Numbered from the stretch's first letter, positions 1-10,514 are shown. The stretch is 34,717 nt of DNA from Pseudomonadota bacterium (GCA_037142195.1 JBAXBA010000035.1:1-34717), one strand, 5' to 3'. Numbers and translations are program-made. The notes: generated by a model from the sequence alone, not told the origin.

Positions 1-19
1 AGAGTAGGACAGTGCAGCC
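1..19 (+). rRNA. rrf: Probable 3' end of 5S rRNA (truncated by window edge)
   Basis: AGAGTAGGACAGTGCAGCC resembles the conserved 5S 3' end (GAGAGUAGG-AC...GC) and is followed by a strong terminator. Only 19 nt are visible. Confidence 0.5.
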
Positions 20-28
20 TTTATATAG

Positions 29-61
29 AAAAATCCCCTCTAGGAAACTAGGGGGATTTTT
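29..61 (+). terminator. Rho-independent terminator (potentially bidirectional)
   Basis: AAAAATCCCC-T-CTAG-GAAA-CTAG-GGGGATTTTT hairpin with A and T tracts. Confidence 0.85.
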
Positions 62-95
62 GTATGCGCTCAATTTGGGATTCTTTCTCAAAAGA

Positions 96-608
96 AATGG
101 AATGCAAGCATTTGTAAATGTTGGCTTAAAAGCGGAATATTTAGTCTATAAAATCCCCAATCAGAGGGCGATAGAAAATAAACAGGCTATCTTGATTCCA
201 GCTCATGACAATCCTAATCAGTTGGTTGTGGGCGCACCAATTTCATGTCTCTCTTGCCATGTGAAGGGTTTTATTGAAAAGCAAGATATGGTCAAAAGCT
301 ATGTTGATCAATCACTGGCCTCGCAAGCGGTAAAAACCAAAATCGATAAGGTCCATGTTGATTTCAGTGTATTTAGGGAGCAAATGGAAAAAGACAATGC
401 CTTATTTAGGGAAGCTCTTCATAAAACGGGAGTTTTAGACACTGATGAAGAGCCTATTGTAGCAAACTATAGGAGTTGGGCGATTCCAGGACTTTCCTTA
501 GGGCAAGTTGCCAGTGAACTTGAGTTGACTAGCGATGCCCTTGAGGGAATCATCAAAGTTGATACGGAGGTTGGGTTTTTGCTTCGAGAGCTCAAAATTA
601 AGGGCTGA
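96..608 (+). pseudogene. 5'-truncated fragment of a c-type heme-binding (CxxCH) protein
   Basis: NGMQAF...ISCLSCHVKGFIEKQDMVK (CxxCH at 246-260) looks like the C-terminal part of larger delta-proteobacterial/planctomycete cytochrome-like proteins. The annotated ORF start runs through the terminator, with no signal peptide or clear RBS. Confidence 0.5.
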
Positions 609-1271
609 AACAGTTAGTCGAAAACTTATGCATTCTTGATCATTCGTCTTGTAACTGCCTGTAATCACCAGGGTGCCGATTGGGGCAAAACTGGATAGAA
701 ACGGATCAGATAACCAGCTTCTCTCATTTGATATTCTAGAAACCATCCATGTTTTTTCTTCAAGCCTTTACGGGAAGAAGATCTCAAAAGAACATAAAAA
801 AATACTTGACAGCAAAAAAATACATTTGTATGGTCTCTGTCAGCTGCAGTTTTCAACCGAATTTTTTATGTCAAGCTACCAATCGAGCCAGTATAAAAGT
901 ATTGCAACCTAAGATCTAAACGCTTGTGAAATGCTTAAAAACCACAAGTTTTCATGGGCGAAAGCAGATCTGGATTTGAAATGTGCTCTTCTTACTGACG
1001 AATAATATGGAGGATTTCCATTGATAGAAACTTAAATGCATCATGGGATTTAAGAAATTTAGTAAATATAGGGCCAGCTAGGTCCGAATTGACGCCCAGG
1101 GAGATGACGGCTCTGGAGCTTTGGAGTTTTTCCAAGGGCCCAACTAGCATCGATGAAGTGGGAAGTGAACGGCAAGCTTGCATGCGCAAGATTGCGTAAG
1201 TTTCATGTAGCGGAAGCACCATCAAGAGATCTGACTTTGAACGCGCCTATTTCCCCTTGATGTGTAAAATC

Positions 1272-2637
1272 GGGAGCGTCGGAAAATTAGTGTCTCATGG
1301 TCTGATCTCATGATAAAAGGTCAGAGAAAAGAAACACACAATGAGAACGCAAATGTCGGTAATTAAACTGGAAATACGCCTTAGTGAGATACCTTCTGCG
1401 ATTGCCGCTTTCAAAAAGAACCGTAAAAATGCGCTAGATTTGTTTTCTGAAGAGATACGAAAGGCTGTAAGTCGGGGTTTCAATCAGCTTTTAAACACCG
1501 AAATTGACCTTTTCTTAGGAAATGAATCCGAAGTCGGTAATAAGCGCAATGGCTACCATCCAGAGCGTGAATACGCATTAAAAGGGGTAGGTTCCTTACG
1601 TGTTAGGGTTCCAAAGGACCGTTTAGGAAACTTTAAGAGCAGCATAATTCCTCCTAAAGAACGAATTGACCCACGAATTAAAGCTGAAATGGCGATCCTG
1701 CAGCTTGCAGGTTTGTCATCTAGGACTCTCTCTATGATCTCAAAGCGACTTTTAGGTGTTGAGATGGGTAAAGATGGGGTCAACGACTCTCTTTCACTAG
1801 TCGTAGAAGAGTCTAGAAGATGGCTAGAACGCCCTATAGATGGCTCCTATTGGGCGTTATACGTCGATGGCACGAACTTCAAGGTTCAGCGCCGCGGATC
1901 AACTGCAAGTGAGCCTTCGCTAGTGGTTGTTGGTATTGATGACACGAATCATCGCAGCATTCTTGCTATAGAACCAGGCACCAAAGATAACGTTGATAGC
2001 TGGAGAGCTGTTTTTTCCTCATTGAAATCCAGGGGATTAGCCAGTGGAAAGGTAAGACTTGGGATAATGGATGGGCTTCCGGGCTTAGAAAACCTATTTC
2101 AACAGGAGTTCCCAAACTCGATTACCCAGCGTTGTTGGTTTCACTCCTTAGGCAATGCGATTAGAAAAGCGCCAGCAAGACTCAGAGAGCCCTTTAACTT
2201 CTAGCCCACAAAGTCATGTACGCAGAGTCTGAAAACGCAGCTAGAGTAGCCTTCCTAGGGCTCAAGGAGGCCATGGGTAGCGATGCTACGCGGAGTGTCA
2301 GATGTTTGGAAAAGGACCTTGATTCCCTGCTTACCTTCTTCAAATTCGAGCATTCCCACTGGGTCGCTCTTAGAACAACAAACCCCATAGAGACTATAAA
2401 TCGTCAATTTAAGCGTCGAACTAGAGGAATGGACACCATGGGAGAGGCTACCCTTGAAAGCGTTCTTGCCTTCGTAGCTCTAAAAATCGAGTTTGGCTGG
2501 ATGAATCACGAAATAGACGCAAAGATTTACACGAGGCATCTAAACAGAAAAGAAAGAAACGTTATAGAGAAAACCGTTGAAGAAGTTGGGCTCTTGAACT
2601 AGATATTTAACTCAGACACCAATTTCCCGACGGTCCC
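1272..2637 (+). mobile_element. IS256-family insertion sequence, 1366 bp
   Basis: IRL GGGAGCGTCGGAAAATTAGTGTCT (1272-1295) and IRR (2614-2637, revcomp GGGACCGTCGGGAAATTGGTGTCT) match at 21/24. The 8-bp target duplication GTAAAATC is at 1264-1271 and 2638-2645. Confidence 0.95.
1341..2602 (+). pseudogene. IS256-family (Mutator-type) DDE transposase, frameshifted near 2196
   Basis: Motifs RNGY, VPKDR, LYVDG, IMDGLPG, QRCWFH and TTNPIETINR are split over ORFs 1341-2204 and 2216-2602. One extra A in TTT-AA-CTT restores ...EPFKLLAHKVMY. Confidence 0.9.
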
Positions 2638-3087
2638 GTAAAATCTACAAACACTGTGTGACGGTGCCAAAAGAAAACATAATTCCCGCGCAGTAGTTTT
2701 AGTATCTGAGCTAGAAGCGCCTCTTGGGAGGCGGTGTAGAAGTCGTTAAGTCATCGACAATACGGAACTTAACTTTACGGCTTTTTGTCCCAAGGAAATT
2801 GGATACGCATACATCTATCGCTCAGATATTTAAAGAGAGGCTGTTGCTGACCAAGGTTCATTTGTGTTCCGAGCTGAATGATAAGTAACCACTCTTGTCG
2901 CGCCTTAGAGTCTTGATCTAGTATGAAAACTCTGGAAATGCCAGCCAACGTGCCCTTCCCGGAGGCTTGGCCTCAATCCCTAAACCGCCCACCGCAATAT
3001 CGCCCTAACCACCTGAATGTACTTAGTATTTAAAAGTGCCTTTCCGCGGAGTTCCTTCGGCTTACTCGACCTAATTACTAGACCCAG

Positions 3088-3540
3088 TTAGGCTCGGAGT
3101 AAAATATTATTCTCGATAATATCGAAATCAGGATCAAGATTTGCCATTTCTTTTTTGGGATCTATCGAAACAGACTTCAACTGATTCCAAAGTTTAAATG
3201 CCGGTGTCGCATTTTTCTGACGGAGTGTTGAGATATAGTTGGGGCTATATCCAAGTCTTTGGGCAATCACTTCGAAGGTCAGGCCGGACTTCGAATGTAT
3301 AATATCGAGAAATTGGGAAACTTGATCTCTAATCGAACTTTCAATAGCCTCATCTATCTTAGCTGCATCAGCAGATGCACTGGCGTAGGTACCGCAATGA
3401 GAACACATCCAAACTTCAAGATTTTTGGTCAGAAAAACCGAAGGAAAATCCTTCCAAGGCTTTTTCCAGTGTCCTTTAATGGCTTGCTTAGCATATCCTT
3501 TTTGTCCGCATTCGCCGCATTTTCTGCTTGATAGGTCCAT
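3088..3540 (-). CDS. MqsA-like antitoxin (zinc ribbon + XRE HTH)
   Basis: CGEC...CSHC zinc ribbon and C-terminal HTH LTFEVIAQRLGYSPNYISTL. The ATG at 3540 overlaps the toxin TGA (TGATG coupling). Confidence 0.75.
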   Translation of the reverse strand: MDLSSRKCGECGQKGYAKQAIKGHWKKPWKDFPSVFLTKNLEVWMCSHCGTYASASADAAKIDEAIESSIRDQVSQFLDIIHSKSGLTFEVIAQRLGYSPNYISTLRQKNATPAFKLWNQLKSVSIDPKKEMANLDPDFDIIENNILLRA

Positions 3541-3944
3541 CACGATTTCCTCCAAGAGGGCATATCATTGCTTCCGATCGAAGCTGTGATCACTCTTCCA
3601 TTTTCTAAATGCATATTCTTCTCACAAGGATGAAAGTATATTTGTTCCAATTCACCATCTTCGAGCATAAACTTTATGTACCAATTGTGTCCGAGATAAC
3701 TCTCAAGCCCGTGTTCGTCAGCGATACGACTCCACATGGAAACCCGTCGACTGAAATCCCTAGTCTCTAGCTTCAATAGTCCATTCAAAATAATGGACCC
3801 AGCTTCGACTTGAGTGCACTCAAAAATATGGATTACGTAATCAACGGAACAGCTAGGTGCAGAAAACCAAACACAATCTTTTCCTTTCATGCTGTCACGA
3901 ACAAGTTGCTTTACCTTATCCAGGTCAAATTTGGAGCTTTGCAC
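3540..3944 (-). CDS. MqsR-like type II toxin (RelE-fold mRNA interferase)
   Basis: FDLDKVKQL N-terminus, L...DF, WYIKF...FH motifs. It lies upstream of a Zn-ribbon/HTH gene and has an AAGGAG RBS before the GTG. Confidence 0.7.
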   Translation of the reverse strand: MQSSKFDLDKVKQLVRDSMKGKDCVWFSAPSCSVDYVIHIFECTQVEAGSIILNGLLKLETRDFSRRVSMWSRIADEHGLESYLGHNWYIKFMLEDGELEQIYFHPCEKNMHLENGRVITASIGSNDMPSWRKS

Positions 3945-3966
3945 TCTATCTCCTTATACCTAAAGC

Positions 3967-3993
3967 CTATCGGCAGTTCCACTGAAAAATTTA
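3967..3993 (-). promoter_or_regulatory. Sigma-28 (FliA)-type promoter of the TA operon
   Basis: TAAA-N15-GCCGATAG on the minus strand, ending 23 nt upstream of the toxin start. Confidence 0.75.
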
Positions 3994-4269
3994 ACCTATT
4001 TAAATAAATCGTAGTAAAATGCTGATTTTATTGATATCGCTTTGAGGCGGGTCAAACAATACTTTCTTTCTGTAGTTCCTTAACGAATTTAGAAGAAAAC
4101 AACGGAAATCCCTCTTTTTGTTCCTTTTGAACACGAGAGACTATAACGAGGTCATACTCATTTGAAAAACGACAAAATATTTTGATTAGGCGTATTTTTC
4201 TAGACAGCGTAAGCGATAGAACCCAAAAAACAAAGATGCTGCGCACTCAGAAATGAACTCGCACCAGCG

Positions 4270-4899
4270 TCAGAACTGTTTTAGCAGCCGTCGGGGACGG
4301 CGCTGGACAAGAGGTTTACCATTTTTCCCATGAGCCAGAATCCAGCCTGAGCCTTGAATGCTTTGGGTCTCACCAGAACAGACTTCATTAGGCAAGATCA
4401 ATATCCGAAACCAACGCTCATCGACAATGATCTTCTCTTCCTTTACTTTAATGGCTAGTCTCACGTTTTTGTGTTTGGGGGTTTTCACTAAGCGCGGTGT
4501 TCCTGCGCCTGCTTCAGGCCAATGTTTTCCATCCCAATTTTCAAGAAAATCGCTAGTTCCTTTTTTCACCAATTCGAAATAGGAATGACCTGACCCCCCT
4601 TCCGAGTTCCAGATGATATTGCCGGGAATATCTCTGATTCCGAAAGGATCCTTAGATCTTTTGCATACAATGGCTTCATATATTTCATAGCCAAATTCTT
4701 CGGCCGAAACTTCGGAAGCTTGTTTGAGTAAAACGTTTTCTTTGCTATTCAGATCGAGTGAGCCTTTTACAACAGTGTCTTTCTGCGGCTTGTTTTGCGT
4801 TTCACGAATGTTATCAGAGTTCGCCACCGTGCCAAAAAGTTTAGCAATTTCCAAAATGCTGAATTGATAAGGACTCCAAATGATAACGCTAGATCTCAA
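4270..4899 (-). CDS. Hypothetical protein (start uncertain, possibly a fragment)
   Basis: Open frame of about 200 codons directly downstream of the reductase; no recognisable motif or RBS. Confidence 0.4.
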   Translation of the reverse strand: MRSSVIIWSPYQFSILEIAKLFGTVANSDNIRETQNKPQKDTVVKGSLDLNSKENVLLKQASEVSAEEFGYEIYEAIVCKRSKDPFGIRDIPGNIIWNSEGGSGHSYFELVKKGTSDFLENWDGKHWPEAGAGTPRLVKTPKHKNVRLAIKVKEEKIIVDERWFRILILPNEVCSGETQSIQGSGWILAHGKNGKPLVQRRPRRLLKQF

Positions 4900-4907
4900 G
4901 GCTAAGG

Positions 4908-6038
4908 CTAGGTGACCCGTATCTCCATGTCTTCTTCTGGAAAAGCGACACAAGCTAAGCACAGGCCTGATTTCTTTTCTTCAGGTGTTAAGCCGGCATC
5001 TGTAATCATAGAGAACTTTCCCGTGACCTTACATTTACAGCTTCCACAAACGCCTACGCGACATGCGAACGGGTGACTAATATTCGCTTTTTCCAGGCCT
5101 TCTAGAATCGTTTCTGTACCTTGATAATCAACTTTTGTGCCGTTCCAAGTTAATTTAAGTTTTCGAGATTGAAGGGCACTGCGGTCGAATGTTACCGGAG
5201 ATACAAATTTCTCCGTATGAATCCTGTCCCCGCTAATACCGAGAGTCTTTAGAGATGCAACTATAGTATCGGTCATAATGGGCGGGCCACAAAAGAAAAA
5301 CCTGTGGTCAGGTAAAAAGGAAATTTTGCTGTTTATGAAAGCAAGCGTGATAAATCCTTTATCATCGGCCCACTCGGGATCTGGTTCTGAAAGAATAGGA
5401 AAGTATTTAAAGTTGGGCATTCGCTTGGATAAGAAAACTAGCAAATCATGGAATGCCATGTCTTTAGTGGTACGCATGCCATAAAAGAGCGCCACTTCTG
5501 CCAGGTCGCGTCCTGTAGCTTTTCCAAGGAGCATAGAGACAAAAGGGGTAATGCCAATGCCTCCAGCAACATAAATTTTGGGCGAGGTTGGATGTTCCTC
5601 ATCGACAAAGAGGCCAGAAGGCGAAAAAGCAAGCACTTTGTCACCCGGCTTCAAACTATGCATCCAATGGGAGCCTACGCCTCCTGGGAGAGCTTTTACT
5701 GAGACTTGCAAGGATCGGGTCGTTTCAGGAGATGAGGAAATCGAGTAGGACCTAAGTGTCCTCGGGTCATTTCCGATTTGAAATGAAACAAACTGTCCGG
5801 CTTTAAATGAGGAAAAATTCTTACCGTTTGCTTTTGCAAATACAAAGGATCGTACATCTTTTGCTTCTTCAAATGAGTTTAATAGAATGAGCTCTATTTT
5901 CCCAATCTCGTCGTCTTCTAGAGGGGGGGCAGACTTTCGCTCCATCTCTAAAGATAAAAGTCGAAATCCTAAAAGGAGTATGAGGAACAATCCCATACCT
6001 GCAAATAAGCTAAATAGCGGAGGAATGTTTTGGATCAT
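4908..6038 (-). CDS. FAD/NAD(P)-binding oxidoreductase with C-terminal 2Fe-2S ferredoxin and N-terminal membrane anchor
   Basis: RSYSISS, GGVGS, AGGIGITPF, FFCGPP and CRVGVCGSC...CLAC motifs; hydrophobic N-terminal helix. ATG at 6038 chosen because it lies just after the upstream stop. Confidence 0.9.
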   Translation of the reverse strand: MIQNIPPLFSLFAGMGLFLILLLGFRLLSLEMERKSAPPLEDDEIGKIELILLNSFEEAKDVRSFVFAKANGKNFSSFKAGQFVSFQIGNDPRTLRSYSISSSPETTRSLQVSVKALPGGVGSHWMHSLKPGDKVLAFSPSGLFVDEEHPTSPKIYVAGGIGITPFVSMLLGKATGRDLAEVALFYGMRTTKDMAFHDLLVFLSKRMPNFKYFPILSEPDPEWADDKGFITLAFINSKISFLPDHRFFFCGPPIMTDTIVASLKTLGISGDRIHTEKFVSPVTFDRSALQSRKLKLTWNGTKVDYQGTETILEGLEKANISHPFACRVGVCGSCKCKVTGKFSMITDAGLTPEEKKSGLCLACVAFPEEDMEIRVT

Positions 6039-6049
6039 TTGAGCTTCAC

Positions 6050-7114
6050 TTATGTTTTTGGGTTTAAAATAGTTTGAAACGAAAGAGCCTTGACTGGGCA
6101 TATGTCAATACAGCCACCACAGCCAATACAAGGCGACTTGTCCAATCCAAAAGACTCCCGCTTAGGCGTGCCATTTTCATGGGCATATTTAGCAACATCA
6201 ATTCCCATGGGGCACTGAGTTGAACATAGATTTAACCCTTGGCAACAGTTGTTAGCCACTACTTTAAATCGGGATTTGGAGTATTTTCCAAAAAGCCTCA
6301 TTCCTCCCGCTAAAGGGCACCCATAGCGACACCAAATTCGAGTTCCCAATAGAGGATAGGCTCCGACACCAACTATGGCGCCAAACATGAGGTCAACTCC
6401 TAAGTCTTGGGCTTCGCGCATGGAGGAAAGAAAATCTGGGGCAGAAAAAATCTGCCAGGTATTTAGAAAAATAAGCAGACCAAAAGCAATCGCAAAACTC
6501 AAAATTACGTATTGAAGATATTCCATTTTCTTGGCTGTCTCGCCTCTTGGGGTGCGATCTCTTACCCACCTGTTTCCCCAAACCGTAACACCAATGGTTT
6601 CGGATAAATTGCCGCAAGCACAAAACCAAGAGCAGTAACGTTTTCCAAAAAACCAAACGGCAACTGGAACCAATAAGAAAATGTAAGCAAACCCCCCTAG
6701 AGAGGTAAAACCATTGTATACATAGACGTAGGCATTTTTATTGACCGGTATATAAGCATTGTCTAGAAATGGCTTGCCCATTAAAGCCGGTAAATAGTAG
6801 GGGACTAAGTAAAATAGAATCAGCTGTGCAAGAAAAATGCTCGTAAATTTGTTTCTTTGATAGCGACTCAAGGGCTTTCGCTTATCAACACCATAGGGGG
6901 TGTGTCCTTTTATGACTACCTTTGCGGCAATTCCACATACTATCGCTGTATAAATGGTCTGGTACCAAAATCCCGTAGACTTTCCAAACCAGTAAAAGGT
7001 TGAGGCCACTTGTGTTTCATCAACAAACCACAAGGGGTATTTGTATACAAGGTAGAATCCGATCACTATGGGAAAGAAAAAAATCAAAAAAATGATTTCA
7101 CCTTTGGATCTCAT
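6050..7114 (-). CDS. Membrane 4Fe-4S binding protein (NapH/MauN-like polyferredoxin)
   Basis: Multiple TM segments; CSWFCACG, CRYGCPL, CCQGLNLCSTQCP and CIGCGGCIDICP. Confidence 0.85.
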   Translation of the reverse strand: MRSKGEIIFLIFFFPIVIGFYLVYKYPLWFVDETQVASTFYWFGKSTGFWYQTIYTAIVCGIAAKVVIKGHTPYGVDKRKPLSRYQRNKFTSIFLAQLILFYLVPYYLPALMGKPFLDNAYIPVNKNAYVYVYNGFTSLGGFAYIFLLVPVAVWFFGKRYCSWFCACGNLSETIGVTVWGNRWVRDRTPRGETAKKMEYLQYVILSFAIAFGLLIFLNTWQIFSAPDFLSSMREAQDLGVDLMFGAIVGVGAYPLLGTRIWCRYGCPLAGGMRLFGKYSKSRFKVVANNCCQGLNLCSTQCPMGIDVAKYAHENGTPKRESFGLDKSPCIGCGGCIDICPVKALSFQTILNPKT

Positions 7115-7544
7115 AAAGATTCTCCCGCAATAGTCTAAGGTAACAATGGGAAATGCTACTAAATTTTTTGATATTTAGACATTAAAAACGACATCATGAG
7201 ATCTAGGGTGTAGGTTCCTCTGTAAAGCAAACTTTATTGTTAAAAGTGATACCAATTTTTTCGAACTCTAAGTTTTCATTACCGATACCAAGTTCATCGC
7301 TGACAATTAATAGTGGCAGGCCAGACTGAAAAGTGTCTTGCTTTTTTGAAAAAGACTAGAAGTAAACATTTCAGAATCAGGCTGTGTATGCATGCTGGAA
7401 TTACATGGAATCCCAAGCGTCTGAACTAGAGTTTGTCAAGCGATCCTCCAGCCTTTCGAGTCTTTAAATTGATAGGATTATAGGGAATTCACTGGTAAGG
7501 TGTGGTTTTGTGCATTCTTACTTATTTTTTATAGGAGCCTCTCC

Positions 7545-9041
7545 ATGTCTCAACTCAAACTTTTGGACCGGCGCTTAAAGTTTACGCATACGGCAAATTC
7601 AACTGCTAAAATTGATTTTTTTTGCCTTTCTGAGCTCCATGAAGACACTTCTTCGCCAGGAGTCAAAAAAGTGGAGCACTATTTGGGAGGACTCGCTGAG
7701 GGAGTTCTGTACCCTGTTGATGTGGAAGCTCGCCACTTTATGGTAGCCCTTGATTTAGAAGCGCTGCAAAGAAAGAATGCCTTAGATAACGAGTGTCTTG
7801 GGAACGGCCATTTGTCAGCTTTAATTGGCGGCAAGATTTCAGGGTTACTGTTTTCGTCGCCTTTTTTTAAGCAAGACGACGTACTCTTCGTCAAACTCAG
7901 CCCGAAATTAAAAGAGGCCGTATTAGAAAAGGTAGATTTTTTAGTCGCAGCAGAACACCAGTCCGTTAACAATCGGCTTGAAGGTGAGGTGAAAACTAGG
8001 AGTGTTGTCTTAGATTCCTACTTTGAGTCAGGGGACTATCTGAAAGCTGCTGCCATAAGCGATGGTATGCTTGTAACTCGATCCTTGATAAATTGGCCAG
8101 CTAACATGCTAAATCCAGCGACCTATGAAGACTTTATAAGGGGTCTGCTTAAGTCTTGGGCGCCTCGGTGGAAAGGTAGTATTTCCATGGAGTCTCTAGA
8201 CGCAAAACGCCTTTCCGAAGAAGGTGCTGGCTTAATTTCAGCAGTAGGCAAGGGCGCTAAAGAAGGGCCAAGAATTCTGAAGCTGGTTTGGGAGCCTGAA
8301 ACGATGCCCAAAGGAGCTGGAATTGCTTTGGTGGGCAAGGGTATCACTTACGATACGGGTGGTTTAGACATTAAACCTAGCTCAAGCATGAGACTTATGA
8401 AAAAAGATATGGGTGGTTCCGCTGCGGTTCTTGGAAGTTTTCTAGCCTTGGCCATTTCAGGCTATCAAGAAAAAGTTACCCTTTGGTTGCCTCTAGCTGA
8501 GAACTCCATATCAAGCGATTCTTTTAGACCAGGCGACGTATACAAGGCTTTGAATGGAAAGCTTGTGGAAATTGACAATACTGATGCGGAGGGTCGTCTG
8601 ATCTTAGCAGATGCCTTGGTTTACGCAGCCAGAGAATTACCTAAAGTCATTATTGACGTGGCAACCTTGACGGGGGCTGCTCGGGTAGCTTTAGGGCCGG
8701 AAGTAGACAGCGCCTTTACCAATCGCCGAGAGTTCGGGCCGATGATTCAGGAAGCCTCCTTGCAGACAGGGGATTGGGTTTGGCCGATGCCGCGGGTGCC
8801 CCAATACAAATCTTATTTTGAGAACTCTCAAATCGCTGATATGGAAAACGGCGGAGGTAAATTCGCCGGAGCCATCGTCGGAGCTTTGTTCTTAGAGCAC
8901 TTTGTTGGTGATCTGCCTTGGATCCATATTGACAGCTACATGTGGGCTGAAAAACCCACCCTGATGGCTAGAGAGTCCGGACCCAATCCCAAAATGGTAA
9001 GATTTCTTTGCAAACTTATGGAAAGCCTCAGAAATATTTAG
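7545..9041 (+). CDS. Leucyl aminopeptidase, peptidase family M17
   Basis: GKGITYDTGGL, MKKDMGG, NTDAEGRLILAD and ATLTGA motifs; AGGAG RBS before the ATG at 7545. Confidence 0.95.
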   Translation: MSQLKLLDRRLKFTHTANSTAKIDFFCLSELHEDTSSPGVKKVEHYLGGLAEGVLYPVDVEARHFMVALDLEALQRKNALDNECLGNGHLSALIGGKISGLLFSSPFFKQDDVLFVKLSPKLKEAVLEKVDFLVAAEHQSVNNRLEGEVKTRSVVLDSYFESGDYLKAAAISDGMLVTRSLINWPANMLNPATYEDFIRGLLKSWAPRWKGSISMESLDAKRLSEEGAGLISAVGKGAKEGPRILKLVWEPETMPKGAGIALVGKGITYDTGGLDIKPSSSMRLMKKDMGGSAAVLGSFLALAISGYQEKVTLWLPLAENSISSDSFRPGDVYKALNGKLVEIDNTDAEGRLILADALVYAARELPKVIIDVATLTGAARVALGPEVDSAFTNRREFGPMIQEASLQTGDWVWPMPRVPQYKSYFENSQIADMENGGGKFAGAIVGALFLEHFVGDLPWIHIDSYMWAEKPTLMARESGPNPKMVRFLCKLMESLRNI

Positions 9042-9524
9042 GTAGACGTTGTTTTGAGATCAAGCTTTTTTACTCCATCTTGCCATCCTTCCTACTTATT
9101 ATAGTAGTTGGACCGCAATGATGGCTTAAACTAAAAGAGAGTTTCTTTCGAAGCTCGAAGGCTACAGACGGTTGCTGTTTTGAATGGTTTCCTTTTGATG
9201 CGCTAGGTTTGGCTTCCCATAACGCTAAGTTCATCTGAAAGTTTTTTCGCAATAGAAAAGTCAGCATGCTGATTACCTATTTTTGATCACTTAGAGGTCA
9301 AAGATTCTAGTTTCTTGCCTCATGAATACAAGACCGACTTATTTACTGATGCTGATTTCGGCGCTTTTAAAGCAGCGACCGTAACAATCGTTAGCTCCCA
9401 GTGCGGGATAAGTCTTGTGAGCTATTAAAAATAGACCCGAGGCCTAACGACCTCTGCTCAGTAACCATAAAGTCATGCATTCGAAAGCTAGGGCCTTTTC
9501 AAATGTATGAGATGACTCAAGTAC

Positions 9525-10514
9525 TTAACGCAGCCTTACTACTTGCCTTGCAACAGCATCAAATTTATCTTCTGTGATGATTTGCACATAAGGACAGTCA
9601 TTTATATTCGCAATATCCGCTGCTGACCAGGTGTCACCTGGGATAGCATTTTTGAGGGTATCAATGAGGGCAGTATCGGAGCTGAGTTCCTTAACTCGCT
9701 GCACGGGAACAGATCCATTAGCCGTAAAGGTTCGCTCTATCAGCCCTAGGAGTCTACCGACGGGGTCAGCTACAATAAAATAGCGCATAAAGTGTCCAAT
9801 GTTAACATCGCTGTGCATGCCATTGATAGCTATCGTGAATTTACCGTCACTGGTGATGCTTTCAATAACTGACTTTGCTGCGTGGGTGGCCAAGCCATTT
9901 TTTGTGTAATAAATATAGGGGCTCGTAATGGTCCCCACATAGTCTGGTTGCGTATCTTTTAGGAAAGCCTCCATAGCACCTGATTCTCTTATTTTACTTT
10001 TAACGTCGAGCGGCACGCGAACTTGCGGATTTGCAAATGTACTGCGAGTGGCTTTAGCAAGTTCGTAGGTGTGAACTAATATTTTTTCGCCACTTCTAAC
10101 CGTATAGATGACCAAATACCTACCCGCATATTTCAAGCTAATATTTTCAAAAATTACGTAGGGTGCTTTACCGGTTGAAGTCTTATCGGAAGCCCTAAAG
10201 TATTTCATGCCTAGAGGGGAGCCCGTTGTAGAGTCAATCAGGGCAACCGATTCCACATAGCTGGATAGGGTCATATTATGATCGTAACTGAAAATTGCTA
10301 AAGTCGCGTTTGAAATGATATTGGAACCGGTAGCTCCACCTTCGAAGTGAAGTCCATCCAGCCAGAATTGCAGACCAGAGCCTGCTTTTTGCTCTTTGGG
10401 GCATTCCGCACCAAGGGCATTCTGACTAATCAAGGCAAATACACCAGCTGCTCCGGTGAGTTTCACAAATTCCCTTCGATCAAATTCCGCAAATCTCTGT
10501 CGTGTAACTTCCAT
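9525..10514 (-). CDS. Tat-exported hypothetical protein with His-rich putative metal site
   Basis: DRREFVK twin-arginine signal with ALG-A cleavage site; His motifs THAAK, MHSD and GHFMRY. Confidence 0.75.
   Translation of the reverse strand: MEVTRQRFAEFDRREFVKLTGAAGVFALISQNALGAECPKEQKAGSGLQFWLDGLHFEGGATGSNIISNATLAIFSYDHNMTLSSYVESVALIDSTTGSPLGMKYFRASDKTSTGKAPYVIFENISLKYAGRYLVIYTVRSGEKILVHTYELAKATRSTFANPQVRVPLDVKSKIRESGAMEAFLKDTQPDYVGTITSPYIYYTKNGLATHAAKSVIESITSDGKFTIAINGMHSDVNIGHFMRYFIVADPVGRLLGLIERTFTANGSVPVQRVKELSSDTALIDTLKNAIPGDTWSAADIANINDCPYVQIITEDKFDAVARQVVRLR

Noticed and set aside
12..95. N-terminus of the 198-aa ORF as listed
   Set aside because: It runs through the putative 5S tail and the terminator hairpin, so it is unlikely to be translated.
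2188..2204. Programmed -1 frameshift at CCCTTTA in the transposase
   Set aside because: The heptamer is in the wrong phase, a TAA blocks the -1 frame just before the junction, and IS256 elements use a single ORF. A 1-bp deletion is simpler.
9042..9524. tmRNA or other structured RNA in the long gap between convergent genes
   Set aside because: No tRNA-like ends or recognisable conserved motifs; the short ORFs here look like debris.
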